From positions 338,830,001 through 338,894,000 of the forward strand of contig OZ024741.1 in assembly GCA_964016885.1 (NCBI GenBank): a DNA stretch of 64,000 nt, read 5' to 3'. The translations under genes were made by a program, and so were the position numbers. The stretch comes from Eledone cirrhosa (Eukaryota). Shown here in pieces: positions 41,501 to 56,500 of the stretch; within the stretch, counting starts at the first letter, position 1; every line of letters begins with the position of its first letter. Below the pieces are notes generated by a model that worked only from the letters and a program-made list of their open reading frames with translations, searched no databases and was not told the origin of the DNA.

Positions 41501-44500
41501 TCTACTGCTTAGAGTGTTAGACAGACTGTCATATCTGTGAAGGTGTGTGGTCTACTGGTTAGAGTGTTGGACAGACTGTCATATCTGTGGAGGTGTGTGG
41601 TCTAGTGGTTAGAGTGTTAGACAGACTGTCATATCTGTGAAGGTGTGTGGTCTACTGGTTAGAGTGTTAGACTGACTGTCATACCTGTGAAGGTCTGTGG
41701 TCTACTGCTTAGAGTGTTGGATAGACTGTCATATCTGTGAAGGTGTGTGGTCTACTGGTTAGAGTGTTGGACAGACTGTCATATCTGTGGAGGTGTGTGG
41801 TCTAGTGGTTAGAGTGTTAGACAGACTGTCATATCTGTGAAGGTGTGTGGTCTACTGGTTAGAGTATTGGACAGACTGTCATATCTGTGAAGGTGTGTGG
41901 TCTACTGGTTAGAGTGTTGGACTGAGCATCATATCTGTGAAGGTGTGTGGTCTACTGGTTAAAGTGTTGGAGTGACCATCATATCTGTAAAGGTGTGTGG
42001 TCTACTGGTTAGAGTGTTGGACAGACTGTCATATCTGTGAAGGTGTGTGGTCTAGTGGTTAGAGTGTTAGACAGACTGTCATATCTGTGAAGGTGTGTGG
42101 TCTACTGGTTAGAGTGTTGGACAGACTGTCATACCTGTGAAGGTGTGTGATCTACTGGTTAGAGTGTTGGACAGACTGTCATATCTGTGAAGGTGTGTGG
42201 TCTACTGGTTAGAGTGTTAGACAGACTGTCATATCTGTGAAGGTGTGTGGTCTACTGGTTAGAGTGTTGGACAGACTGTCATATCTGTGAAGGTGTGTGG
42301 TCTACTGGTTAGAGTGTTAGACAGACTGTCATATCTGTGAAGGTGTGTGGTCTACTGGTTAGAGTATTGGACAGACTGTCATATCTGTGAAGGTGTGTGG
42401 TCTACTGGTTAGAGTGTTGGACTGACCATCATATCTGTGAAGGTGTGTGGTCTACTGGTTAAAGTGTTGGAGTGACCATCATATCTGTAAAGGTGTGTGG
42501 TCTACTGGTTAGAGTGTTGGACAGACTGTCATATCTGTGAAGGTGTGTGGTCTAGTGGTTAGAGTGTTAGACAGACTGTCATATCTGTGAAGGTGTGTGG
42601 TCTACTGGTTAGAGTGTTGGACAGACTGTCATACCTGTGAAGGTGTGTGATCTACTGGTTAGAGTGTTAGACAGACTGTCATATCTGTGAAGGGGTGTGG
42701 TCTACTGGTTAGAGTGTTGGACAGACTGTCATATCTGTGAAGGTGTGTGGTCTACTGGTTAGAGTGTTAGACAAACTGTCATATCTGTGAAGGTGTGTGG
42801 TCTACTGGTTAGAGTGTTAGACAGACTGTCATATCTGTGAAGGTGTGTGGTCTACTGGTTAGAATGTTGGACAGACTGTCATACCTGTGAAGGGGTGTGG
42901 TCTACTGGTTAGAGTATTAGACAGACTGTCATATCTGTGAAGGTGTGTGGTCTACTGTTTAGAGTGTTGGACAGACTGTCATATCTGTGAAGGTGTGTGG
43001 TCTACTGGTTAGAGTGTTAGACAAACTGTCATATCTGTGAAGGTGTGTGGTCTACTGGTTAGAGTGTTAGACAGACTGTCATATCTGTGAAGGTGTGTGG
43101 TCTACTAGTTAGAGTGTTGGACAGACTGTCATACCTGTGAAGGTGTGTGGTCTACTGGTTAGTGTGTTAGACAGACTGTCATATCTGTGAAGGTGTGTGG
43201 TCTACTGGTTAGAGTGTTAGACAGACTATCATATCTGTGAAGGTGTGTGGTCTACTGGTTAGAGTGTTGGACAGACTGTCATAGCTGTGAAGGTGTGAGG
43301 TCTAGTGGTTAGAGTGTTAGACAGACTGTCATATCTGTGAAGGTGTGTGGTCTACTAGTTAGAGTGTTAGACAGACTGTCATATCTGTGAAGGTGTGTGG
43401 TCTACTGATTAGAGTGTTAGACAGACTGTCATATCTGTGAAGGTGTGTGGTCTACTGCTTAGAGGGTTGGATAGACTGTCATATCTGTGAAGGTGTGTGG
43501 TCTACTGGTTAGAGTGTTAGACTGACTGTCATACCTGTGAAGGTGTGTGGTCTACTGGTTAGAGTGTTAGACAGACTGTCATATCTGTGAAGGTGTGTGG
43601 TCTACTGGTTAGAGTGTTAGACAGACTGTCATATCTGTGAAGGTGTGTGGTCTACTGGTTGGAGTGTTAGACAGACTGTCATATCTGTGAAGGTGTGTGG
43701 TCTACTGGTTAGAGTGTTAGACAGACTGTCATATCTGTGAAGGTGTGTGGTCTACTGGTTAGAGTATTGGACAGACTGTCATATCTGTGAAGGTGTGTGG
43801 TCTACTGGTTAGAGTGTTGGACTGACCATCATATCTGTGAAGGTGTGTGGTCTACTGGTTAAAGTGTTGGAGTGACCATCATATCTGTAAAGGTGTGTGG
43901 TCTACTGGTTGGAGTGTTAGACAGACTGTCATATCTGTGAAGGTGTGTGGTCTACTGGTTAGAGTGTTAGACAGACTGTCATATCTGTGAAGGTGTGTGG
44001 TCTACTGGTTAGAGTGTTAGACTGACTGTCATACCTGTGAAGGTGTGTGGTCTACTGCTTAGAGTGTTGGATAGACTGTCATATCTGTGAAGGTGTGTGG
44101 TCTACTGGTTAGAGTGTTGGACAGACTGTCATATCTGTGGAGGTGTGTGGTCTAGTGGTTAGAGTGTTAGAGAGACTGTCATATCTGTGAAGGTGTGTGG
44201 TCTACTGGTTAGAGTGTTAGACTGACTGTCATACCTGTGAAGGTGTGTGGTCTACTGGTTAGAGTGTTAGACAGACTGTCATATTTGTGAAGGTGTGTGG
44301 TCTACTGGTTAGAGTGTTAGACAGACTGTCATATCTGTGAAGGTGTGTGGTCTACTGCTTAGAGTGTTGGATAGACTGTCATATCTGTGAAGGTGTGTGG
44401 TCTACTGGTTAGAGTGTTGGACAGACTGTCATATCTGGGAAGGTGTGTGGTCTAGTGGTTAGAGTGTTAGACAGACTGTCATATCTGTGAAGGTGTGTGG

Positions 44501-47500
44501 TCTACTGGTTAGAGTGTTAGACTGACTGTCATACCTGTGAAGGTGGGTGGTCTACTGGTTAGAGTGTTGGACAGACTGTCATATCTGTAAAGGTGTGTGG
44601 TCTACTGGTTAGAGTGTTAGACAGACTGTCATATCTGTGAAGGTGTGTGGTCTACTGGTTAGAGTGTTAGACAGACTGTCATATCTGTGAAGGTGTGTGG
44701 TCTACTGGTTAGAGTGTTAGACAGACTGTCATATCTGTGAAGGTGTGTGGTCTACTGGTTAGAGTGTTGGACAGACTGTCATATCTGTGAAGGTGTGTGG
44801 TCTACTGGTTAGAGTGTTAGACAAACTGTCATATCTGTGAAGGTGTGTGGTCTACTGGTTAGAGTGTTAGACAGACTGTCATATCTGTGAAGGTGTGTGG
44901 TCTACTGGTTAGAGTGTTGGACAGACTGTCATATCTGTGAAGGTGTGTGGTCTACTGGTTAGAGTGTTAGACAGACTGTCATATCTGTGAAGGTGTGTAG
45001 TCTACTGGTTAGAGTATTGGACAGACTGTCATATCTGTGAAGGTGTGTGGTCTACTGGTTAGAGTGTTGGACTGACCATCATATCTGTGAAGGTGTGTGG
45101 TCTACTGGTTAAAGTGTTGGAGTGACCATCATATCTGTAAAGGTGTGTGGTCTACTGGTTAGAGTGTTGGACAGATTGTCATATCTGTGAAGGTGTGTGG
45201 TCTACTGGTTAGAGTGTTAGACTGACTGTCATACCTGTGAAGGTGTGTGGTCTACTGCTTAGAGTGTTGGATAGACTGTCATATCTGTGAAGGTGTGTGG
45301 TCTACTGGTTAGAGTGTTGGACAGACTGTCATATCTGTGGAGGTGTGTGGTCTAGTGGTTAGAGTGTTAGAGAGACTGTCATATCTGTGAAGGTGTGTGG
45401 TCTACTGGTTAGAGTGTTAGACTGACTGTCATACCTGTGAAGGTGTGTGGTCTACTGGTTAGAGTGTTAGACAGACTGTCATATTTGTGAAGGTGTGTGG
45501 TCTACTGGTTAGAGTGTTAGACAGACTGTCATATCTGTGAAGGTGTGTGGTCTACTGCTTAGAGTGTTGGATAGACTGTCATATCTGTGAAGGTGTGTGG
45601 TCTACTGGTTAGAGTGTTGGACAGACTGTCATATCTGGGGAGGTGTGTGGTCTAGTGGTTAGAGTGTTAGACAGACTGTCATATCTGTGAAGGTGTGTGG
45701 TCTACTGGTTAGAGTGTTAGACTGACTGTCATACCTGTGAAGGTGTGTGGTCTACTGGTTAGAGTGTTGGACAGACTGTCATATCTGTAAAGGTGTGTGG
45801 TCTACTGGTTAGAGTGTTAGACAGACTGTCATATCTGTGAAGGTGTGTGGTCTACTGGTTAGAGTGTTAGACAGACTGTCATATCTGTGAAGGTGTGTGG
45901 TCTACTGGTTAGAGTGTTAGACAGACTGTCATATCTGTGAAGGTGTGTGGTCTACTGGTTAGAGTGTTGGACAGACTGTCATATCTGTGAAGGTGTGTGG
46001 TCTACTGGTTAGAGTGTTAGACAAACTGTCATATCTGTGAAGGTGTGTGGTCTACTGGTTAGAGTGTTAGACAGACTGTCATATCTGTGAAGGTGTGTGG
46101 TCTACTGGTTAGAGTGTTGGACAGACTGTCATATCTGTGAAGGTGTGTGGTCTACTGGTTAGAGTGTTAGACAGACTGTCATATCTGTGAAGGTGTGTAG
46201 TCTACTGGTTAGAGTATTGGACAGACTGTCATATCTGTGAAGGTGTGTGGTCTACTGGTTAGAGTGTTGGACTGACCATCATATCTGTGAAGGTGTGTGG
46301 TCTACTGGTTAAAGTGTTGGAGTGACCATCATATCTGTAAAGGTGTGTGGTCTACTGGTTAGAGTGTTGGACAGATTGTCATATCTGTGAAGGTGTGTGG
46401 TCTAGTGGTTAGAGTGTTAGACAGACTGTCATATCTGTGAAGGTGTGTGGTCTAGTGGTTAGAGTGTTAGACAGACTGTCATATCCGTGGAGGTGTGTGG
46501 TCTAGTGGTTAGAGTGTTAGACAGACTGTTATATCTGTGAAGGTGTGTGGTCTACTGGTTAGAGTGTTAGACTGACTGTCATACCTGTGAAGGTGTGTGG
46601 TCTACTGCTTAGAGTGTTGGATAGACTGTCATATCTGTGAAGGTGTGTGGTCTACTGGTTAGAGTGTTGGACAGACTGTCATATCTGTGGAGGTGTGTGG
46701 TCTAGTGGTTAGAGTGTTAGACAGACTGTCATATCTGTGAAGGTGTGTGGTCTACTGGTTAGAGTGTTAGACTGACTGTCATACCTGTGAAGGTGTGTGG
46801 TCTACTGGTTAGAGTGTTAGACAGACTGTCATATTTGTGAAGGTGTGTGGTCTACTGGTTAGAGTGTTAGACAGACTGTCATATCTGTGAAGGTGTGTGG
46901 TCTACTGGTTAGAGTGTTAGACAGACTGTCATATCTGTGAAGGTGTGTGGTCTACTGCTTAGAGTGTTAGACAGACTGTCATATCTGTGAAGGTGTGTGG
47001 TCTACTGGTTAGAGTATTGGACAGACTGTTATATCTGTGAAGGTGTGTGGTCTACTGGTTAGAGTGTTGGACTGACCATCATATCTGTGAAGGTGTGTGG
47101 TCTACTGGTTAAAGTGTTGGAGTGACCATCATATCTGTAAAGGTGTGTGGTCTACTGGTTAGAGTGTTGGACAGACTGTCATATCTGTGAAGGTGTGTGG
47201 TCTAGTGGTTAGAGTGTTAGACAGACTGTCATATCTGTGAAGGTGTGTGGTCTACTGGTTAGAGTGTTGGACAGACTGTCATACCTGTGAAGGTGTGTGA
47301 TCTACTGGTTAGAGTGTTAGACAGACTGTCATATCTGTGAAGGGGTGTGGTCTACTGGTTAGAATGTTGGACAGACTGTCATACCTGTGAAGGGGTGTGG
47401 TCTACTGGTTAGAGTGTTAGACAGACTGTCATATCTGTGAAGGTGTGTGGTCTACTGTTTAGAGTGTTGGACAGACTGTCATATCTGTGAAGGTGTGTGG

Positions 47501-50500
47501 TCTACTGGTTAGAGTGTTAGACAAACTGTCATATCTGTGAAGGTGTGTGGTCTACTGGTTAGAGTGTTAGACAGACTGTCATATCTGTGAAGGTGTGTGG
47601 TCTACTGGTTAGTGTGTTAGACAGACTGTCATATCTGTGAAGGTGTGTGGTCTACTGGTTAGAGTGTTAGACAGACTATCATATCTGTGAAGGTGTGTGG
47701 TCTACTGGTTAGAGTGTTGGACAGACTGTCATAGCTGTGAAGGTGTGAGGTCTAGTGGTTAGAGTGTTAGACAGACTGTCATATCTGTGAAGGTGTGTGG
47801 TCTACTAGTTAGAGTGTTAGACAGACTGTCATATCTGTGAAGGTGTGTGGTCTACTGATTAGAGTGTTAGACAGACTGTCATATCTGTGAAGGTGTGTGG
47901 TCTACTGATTAGAGTGTTAGACAGACTGTCATATCTGTGAAGGTGTGTGGTCTACTGGTTAGAGTGTTAGACAGACTGTCATATCTGTGAAGGTGTGTGG
48001 TCTACTGGTTGGAGTGTTAGACAGACTGTCATATCTGTGAAGGTGTGTGGTCTACTGGTTAGAGTGTTAGACAGACTGTCATATCTGTGAAGGTGTGTGG
48101 TCTACTGGTTAGAGTATTGGACAGACTGTCATATCTGTGAAGGTGTGTGGTCTACTGGTTAGAGTGTTGGACTGACCATCATATCTGTGAAGGTGTGTGG
48201 TCTACTGGTTAAAGTGTTGGAGTGACCATCATATCTGTAAAGGTGTGTGGTCTACTGGTTAGAGTGTTGGACAGATTGTCATATCTTTGAAGGTGTGTGG
48301 TCTAGTGGTTAGAGTGTTAGACAGACTGTCATATCTGTGGAGGTGTGTGGTCTAGTGGTTAGAGTGTTAGACAGACTGTCATATCTGTGAAGGTGTGTGG
48401 TCTACTGGTTAGAGTGTTAGACTGACTGTCATACCTGTGAAGGTGTGTGGTCTACTGGTTAGAGTGTTAGACAGACTGTCATATTTGTGAAGGTGTGTGG
48501 TCTACTGGTTAGAGTGTTAGACAGACTGTCATATCTGTGAAGGTGTGTGGTCTACTGGTTAGAGTGTTAGACAGACTGTCATATCTGTGAAGGTGTGTGG
48601 TCTACTGGTTAGAGTGTTAGACAGACTGTCATATCTGTGAAGGTGTGTGGTCTACTGGTTAGAGTATTGGACAGACTGTCATATCTGTGAAGGTGTGTGG
48701 TCTACTGGTTAGAGTGTTAGACTGACTGTCATACCTGTGAAGGTGTGTGGTCTACTGCTTAGAGTGTTGGATAGACTGTCATATCTGTGAAGGTGTGTGG
48801 TCTACTGGTTAGAGTATTGGACAGACTGTCATATCTGTGAAGGTGTGTGGTCTACTAGTTAGAGTGTTAGACAGACTGTCATATCTGTGAAGGTGTGTGG
48901 TCTACTGGTTAGAGTGTTGGACTGACCATCATATCTGTGAAGGTGTGTGGTCTACTGGTTAAAGTGTTGGAGTGACAATCATATCTGTAAAGGTGTGTGG
49001 TCTACTGGTTAGAGTGTTGGACAGACTGTCATATCTGTGAAGGTGTGTGGTCTAGTGGTTAGAGTGTTAGACAGACTGTCATATCTGTGAAGGTGTGTGG
49101 TCTACTGGTTAGAGTGTTGGACAGACTGTCATACCTGTGAAGGTGTGTGATCTACTGGTTACAGTGTTAGACAGACTGTCATATCTGTGAAGGTGTGTGG
49201 TCTACTGGTTAGAGTGTTAGACAGACTGTCATATCTGTGAAGGTGTGTGGTCTACTGGTTAGAGTGTTGGACAGACTGTCATATCTGTGAAGGTGTGTGG
49301 TCTACTGGTTAGAGTGTTAGACAAACTGTCATATCTGTGAAGGTGTGTGGTCTACTGGTTAGAGTGTTAGACAGACTGTCATATCTGTGAAGGTGTGTGG
49401 TCTACTGGTTAGAATGTTGGACAGACTGTCATGCCTGTGAAGGTGTGTGGTCTACTGGTTCGAGTGTTAGACAGACTGTCATATCTGTGAAGGTGTGTGG
49501 TCTACTGTTTAGAGTGTTGGACAGACTGTCATATCTGTGAAGGTGTGTGGTCTACTGGTTAGAGTGTTAGACAAACTGTCATATCTGTGAAGGTGTGTGG
49601 TCTACTGGTTAGAGTGTTAGACAGACTGTCATATCTGTGAAGGTGTGTGGTCTACTAGTTAGAGTGTTGGACAGACTGTCATACCTGTGAAGGTGTGTGG
49701 TCTACTGGTTAGTGTGTTAGACAGACTGTCATATCTGTGAAGGTGTGTGGTCTACTGGTTAGAGTGTTAGACAGACTATCATATCTGTGAAGGTGTGTGG
49801 TCTACTGGTTAGAGTGTTGGACAGACTGTCATAGCTGTGAAGGTGTGAGGTCTAGTGGTTAGAGTGTTAGACAGACTGTCATATCTGTGAAGGTGTGTGG
49901 TCTACTAGTTAGAGTGTTAGACAGACTGTCATATCTGTGAAGGTGTGTGGTCTACTGGTTAGAGTGTTAGACAGACTGTCATATCTGTGAAGGTGTGTAG
50001 TCTACTGGTTAGAGTGTTGGACAGACTGTCATATCTGTGAAGGTGTGTGGTCTACTGGTTAGAGTGTTAGACGAACTGTCATATCTGTGAAGGTGTGTGG
50101 TCTACTGGTTAGAGTGTTAGACAGACTGTCATATCTGTGAAGGTGTGTGGTCTACTGGTTAGAATGTTGGACAGACTGTCATACCTGTGAAGGTGTGTGG
50201 TCTACGGGTTAGAGTGTTAGACAGACTGTCATATCTGTGAAGGTGTGTGGTCTACTGTTTAGAGTGTTGGACAGACTGTCATATCTGTGAAGGTGTGTGG
50301 TCTACTGGTTAGAGTGTTAGACAAACTGTCATATCTGTGAAGGTGTGTGGTCTACTGGTTAGAGTGTTAGACAGACTGTCATATCTGTGAAGGTGTGTGG
50401 TCTACTAGTTAGAGTGTTGGACAGACTGTCATACCTGTGAAGGTGTGTGGTCTACTGGTTAGTGTGTTAGACAGACTGTCATATCTGTGAAGGTGTGTGG

Positions 50501-53500
50501 TCTACTGGTTAGAGTGTTAGACAGACTATCATATCTGTGAAGGTGTGTGGTCTACTGGTTAGAGTGTTGGACAGACTGTCATAGCTGTGAAGGTGTGAGG
50601 TCTAGTTGTTAGAGTGTTAGACAGACTGTCATATCTGTGAAGGTGTGTGGTCTACTAGTTAGAGTGTTAGACAGACTGTCATATCTGTGAAGGTGTGTGG
50701 TCTACTGATTAGAGTGTTAGACAGACTGTCATATCTGTGAAGGTGTGTGGTCTACTGCTTAGAGGGTTGGATAGACTGTCATATCTGTGAAGGTGTGTGG
50801 TCTACTGGTTAGAGTGTTGGACAGACTGTCAAATCTGTGGAGGTGTGTGGTCTAGTGGTTAGAGTGTTAGACAGACTGTCATATCTGTGAAGGTGTGTGG
50901 TCTAGTGGTTAGAGTGTTAGACAGACTGTCATATCTGTGAAGGTGTGTGGTCTACTGGTTAGAGTGTTAGACTGACTGTCATACCTGTGAAGGTGTGTGG
51001 TCTACTGGTTAGAGTGTAGGACAGACTGTCATATCTGTGAAGGTGTGTGGTCTACTGGTTAGAGTATTAGACTGACTGTCATACCTGTGAAGGTGTGTGG
51101 TCTACTGGTTAGAGTGTTCGACAGACTGTCATATCTGTGAAGGTGTGTGGTCTACTGGTTAGAGTGTTAGACTGACTGTCATATCTGTGAAGGTGTGTGG
51201 TCTACTGTTTAGAGTGTTAGACAGACTGTCATATCTGTGAAGGTGTGTGGTCTACTGGTTAGAGTGTTAGACAGACTGTCATATCTGTGAAGGTGTGTGG
51301 TCTACTGGTTAGAGTGTTAGACAGACTGTCATATCTGTGAAGGTGTGTGGTCTACTGTTTAGAGTGTTAGACAGACTGTCATATCTGTGAAGGTGTGTGG
51401 TCTACTGGTTAGAGTGTTAGACAGACTGTCATATCTGTGAAAGTGTGTGGTCTACTGGTTAGAGTGTTAGACAGACTGTCATATCTGTGAAGGTGTGTGG
51501 TCTACTGGTTAGAGTGTTAGACAGACTGTCATATCTGTGAAGGTGTGTGGTCTACTGGTTAGAGTATTGGTCAGACTGTCATATCTGTGAAGGTGTGTGG
51601 TCTACTGGTTAGAGTGTTGGACTGACCATCATATCTGTGAAGGTGTGTGGTCTACTGGTTAAAGTGTTGGAGTGACCATCATATCTGTAAAGGTGTGTGG
51701 TCTACTGGTTAAAGTGTTGGACAGATTGTCATATCTGTGAAGGTGTGTGGTCTAGTGGTTAGAGTGTTAGACAGACTGTCATATCTGTGGAGGTGTGTGG
51801 TCTAGTGGTTAGAGTGTTAGACAGACTGTCATATCTGTGAAAGTGTGTGGTCTACTGGTTAGAGTGTTAGACTGACTGTCATATTTGTGAAGGTGTGTGG
51901 TCTACTGGTTAGAGTGTTAGACAGACTGTCATATTTGTGAAGGTGTGTGGTCTACTGGTTAGAGTGTTAGACAGACTGTCATATCTGTGAAGGTGTGTGG
52001 TCTACTGGTTAGAGTGTTAGACAGACTGTCATATCTGTGAAGGTGTGTGGTCTACTGGTTAGAGTGTTAGACAGACTGTCATATCTGTGAAGGTGTGTGG
52101 TCTACTGGTTAGAGTATTGGACAGACTGTCATATCCGTGAAGGTGTGTGGTCTACTGGTTAGAGTGTTAGACTGACTGTCATACCTGTGAAGGTGTGTGG
52201 TCTACTGCTTAGAGTGTTGGATAGACTGTCATATCTGTGAAGGTGTGTGGTCTACTGTTTAGAGTGTTGGGCAGACTGTCATATCTGTGAAGGTGTGTGG
52301 TCTACTGGTTAGAGTGTTAGACAAACTGTCATATCTGTGAAGGTGTGTGGTCTACTGGCTAGAGTGTTAGACAGACTGTCATATCTGTGAAGGTGTGTGG
52401 TCTACTAGTTAAAGTGTTGGACAGACTGTCATACCTGTGAAGGTGTGTGGTCTACTGGTTAGTGTGTTAGACAGACTGTCATATCTGTGAAGGTGTGTGG
52501 TCTACTGGTTAGAGTGTTAGACAGACTATCATATCTGTGAAGGTGTGTGGTCTACTGGTTAGAGTGTTGGACAGACTGTCATAGCTGTGAAGGTGTGAGG
52601 TCTAGTGGTTAGAGTGTTAGACAGACTGTCATATCTGTGAAGGTGTGTGGTCTACTAGTTAGAGTGTTAGACAGACTGTCATATCTGTGAAGGTGTGTGG
52701 TCTACTGATTAGAGTGTTAGACAGACTGTCATATCTGTGAAGGTGTGTGGTCTACTGCTTAGAGTGTTGGATAGACTGTCATATCTGTGAAGGTGTGTGG
52801 TCTACTGGTTAGAGTGTTGGACAGACTGTCATATCTGTGGAGGTGTGTGGTCTAGTGGTTAGAGTGTTAGACAGACTGTCATATCTGTGAAGGTGTGTGG
52901 TCTACTGGTTAGAGTGTTAGACTGACTGTCATACCTGTGAAGGTGTGTGGTCTACTGGTTAGAGTGTTAGACAGACTGTCATATCTGTGAAGGTGTGTGG
53001 TCTACTGGTTAGAGTGTTAGACAGACTGTCATATCTGTGAAGGTGTGTGGTCTACTGGTTAGAGTATTGGACAGACTGTCATATCTGTGAAGGTGTGTGG
53101 TCTACTGGTTAGAATGTTGGACTGACCATCATATCTGTGAAGGTGTGTGCTCTACTGGTTAAAGTGTTGGAGTGACCATCATATCTGTAAAGGTGTGTGG
53201 TCTACTGGTTAGAGTGTTGGACAGATTGTCATATCTGTGAAGGTGTGTGGTCTAGTGGTTAGAGTGTTAGACAGACTGTCATATCTGTGGAGGTGTGTGG
53301 TCTAGTGGTTAGAGTGTTAGACAGACTGTCATATCTGTGAAGGTGTGTGGTCTACTGGTTAGAGTGTTAGACTGACTGCCATACCTGTGAAGGTGTGTGG
53401 TCTACTGGTTAGAGTGTTAGACAGACTGTCATATTTGTGAAGGTGTGTGGTCTACTGGTTTGAGTGTTAGACAGACTGTCATATCTGTGAAGGTGTGTGG

Positions 53501-56500
53501 TCTACTGGTTAGAGTGTTAGACAGACTGTCATATCTGTGAAGGTGTGTGGTCTACTGGTTAGAGTGTTAGACAGACTGTCATATCTGTGAAGGTGTGTGG
53601 TCTACTGGTTAGAGTGTTGGACAGACTGTCACAGCTGTGAAGGTGTGAGGTCTACAGGTTAGAGTGTTGGACTGACCATCATATCTGTGAAGGTGTGTGG
53701 TCTACTGGTTAAAGTGTTGGAGTGACCATCATATCTGTAAAGGTGTGTGGTCTACTGGTTAGAGTGTTGGACAGACTGTAATATCTGTGAAGGTGTGTGG
53801 TCTAGTGGTTAGAGTGTTAGACAGACTGTCATATCTGTGAAGGTGTGTGGTCTACTGGTTAGAGTGTTGGACAGACTGTCATACCAGTGAAGGTGTGTGA
53901 TATACTGGTTAGAGTGTTAGACAGACTGTCATATCTGTGAAGGTGTGTGGTCTACTGGTTAGAGTGTTAGACAGACTGTCATACCTGTGAAGGTGTGTGG
54001 TCTACTAGTTAGAGTGTTGGACAGACTGTCATACCTGTGAAGGTGTGTGGTCTACTGGTTAGTGTGTTAGACAGACTGTCATATCTGTGAAGGTGTGTGG
54101 TCTACTGGTTAGAGTGTTAGACAGACTATCATATCTGTGAAGGTGTGTGGTCTATTGGTTAGAGTGTTGGACAGACTGTCACAGCTGTGAATGTGTGAGG
54201 TCTAGTGGTTAGAGTGTTAGACAGACTGTCATATCTGTGAAGGTGTGTGGTCTACTAGTTAGAGTGTTAGACAGACTGTCATATCTGTGAAGGTGTGTGG
54301 TCTACTGATTAGAGTGTTAGACAGACTGTCATATCTGTGAAGGTGTGTGGTCTACTGCTTAGAGTGTTGGATAGACTGTCATATCTGTGAAGGTGTGTGG
54401 TCTACTGGTTAGAGTGTTGGACAGACTGTCATATCTGTGGAGGTGTGTGGTCTAGTGGTTAGAGTGTTAGACAGACTGTCATATCTGTGAAGGTGTGTGG
54501 TCTACTGGTTAGAGTGTTAGACTGACTGTCATACCTGTGAAGGTGTGTGGTCTACTGGTTAGAGTGTTAGACAGACTGTCATATCTGTGAAGGTGTGTGG
54601 TCTACTGGTTAGAGTGTTAGACAGACTGTCATATCTGTGAAGGTGTGTGGTCTACTGGTTAGAGTGTTAGACAGACTGTCATATCTGTGAAGGTGTGTGG
54701 TCTACTGGTTAGAGTGTTAGACAGACTGTCATATCTGTGAAGGTGTGTGGTCTACTGGTTAGAGTGTTAGACAGACTGTCATATCTGTGAAGGTGTGTGG
54801 TCTACTGGTTAGAGTGTTAGACAGACTGTCATATCTGTGAAGGTGTGTGGTCTACTGGTTAGAGTATTGGACAGACTGTCATATCTGTGAAGGTGTGTGG
54901 TCTACTGGTTAGAGTGTTGGACTGACCATCATATCTGTGAAGGTGTGTGGTCTACTGGTTAAAGTGTTGGAGTGACCATCATATCTGTAAAGGTGTGTGG
55001 TCTACTGGTTAGAGTGTTGGACAGACTGTCATATCTGTGAAGGTGTGTGGTCTAGTGGTTAGAGTGTTAGACAGACTGTCATATCTGTGAAGGTGTGTGG
55101 TCTACTGGTTAGAGTGTTGGACAGACTGTCATACCTGTGAAGGTGTGTGATCTACTGGTTAGAGTGTTAGACAGACTGTCATATCTGTGAAGGTGTGTGG
55201 TCTACTGGTTAGAGTGTTAGACATACTGTCATATCTGTGAAGGTGTGTGGTCTACTGGTTAGAGTGTTGGACAGACTGTCATATCTGTGAAGGTGTGTGG
55301 TCTACTGGTTAGAGTGTTAGACAAACTGTCATATCTGTGAAGGTGTGTGGTCTACTGGTTAGAGTGTTAGACAGACTGTCATATCTGTGAAGGTGTGTGG
55401 TCTACTGGTTAGAATGTTGGACAGACTGTCATACCTGTGAAGGTGTGTGGTCTACTGGTTAGAGTGTTAGACAGACTGTCATATCTGTGAAGGTGTGTGG
55501 TCTACTGTTTAGAGTGTTGGACAGACTGTCATATCTGTGAAGGTGTGTGGTCTACTGGTTAGAGTGTTAGACAAACTGTCATATCTGTGAAGGTGTGTGG
55601 TCTACTGGTTAGAGTGTTAGACAGACTGTCATATCTGTGAAGGTGTGTGGTCTACTAGTTAGAGTGTTGGACAGACTGTCATACCTGTGAAGGTGTGTGG
55701 TCTACTGGTTAGTGTGTTAGACAGACTGTCATATCTGTGAAGGTGTGTGGTCTACTGGTTAGAGTGTTAGACAGACTATCATATCTGTGAAGGTGTGTGG
55801 TCTACTGGTTAGAGTGTTGGACAGACTGTCATAGCTGTGAAGGTGTGAGGTCTAGTGGTTAGAGTGTTAGACAGACTGTCATATCTGTGAAGGTGTGTGG
55901 TCTACTAGTTAGAGTGTTAGACAGACTGTCATATCTGTGAAGGTGTGTGGTCTACTGATTAGAGTGTTAGACAGACTGTCATATCTGTGAAGGTGTGTGG
56001 TCTACTGCTTAGAGTGTTGGATAGACTGTCATATCTGTGAAGGTGTGTGGTCTACTGGTTAGAGTGTTGGACAGACTGTCATATCTGTGGAGGTGTGTGG
56101 TCTAGTGGTTAGAGTGTTAGACAGACTGTCATATCTGTGAAGGTGTGTGGTCTACTGGTTAGAGTGTTAGACTGACTGTCATACCTATGAAGGTGTGTGG
56201 TCTACTGGTTAGAGTGTTAGACAGACTGTCATATCTGTGAAGGTGTGTCGTCTACTGGTTAGAGTGTTAGACAGACTGTCATATCTGTGAAGGTGTGTGG
56301 TCTACTGGTTAGAGTGTTAGACAGACTGTCATATCTGTGAAGGTGTGTGGTCTACTGGTTAGAGTGTTAGACAGACTGTCATATCTGTGAAGGTGTGTGG
56401 TCTACTGGTTAGAGTATTGGACAGACTGTCATATCTGTGAAGGTGTGTGGTCTACTGGTTAGAGTGTTGGACTGACCATCATATCTGTGAAGGTGTGTGG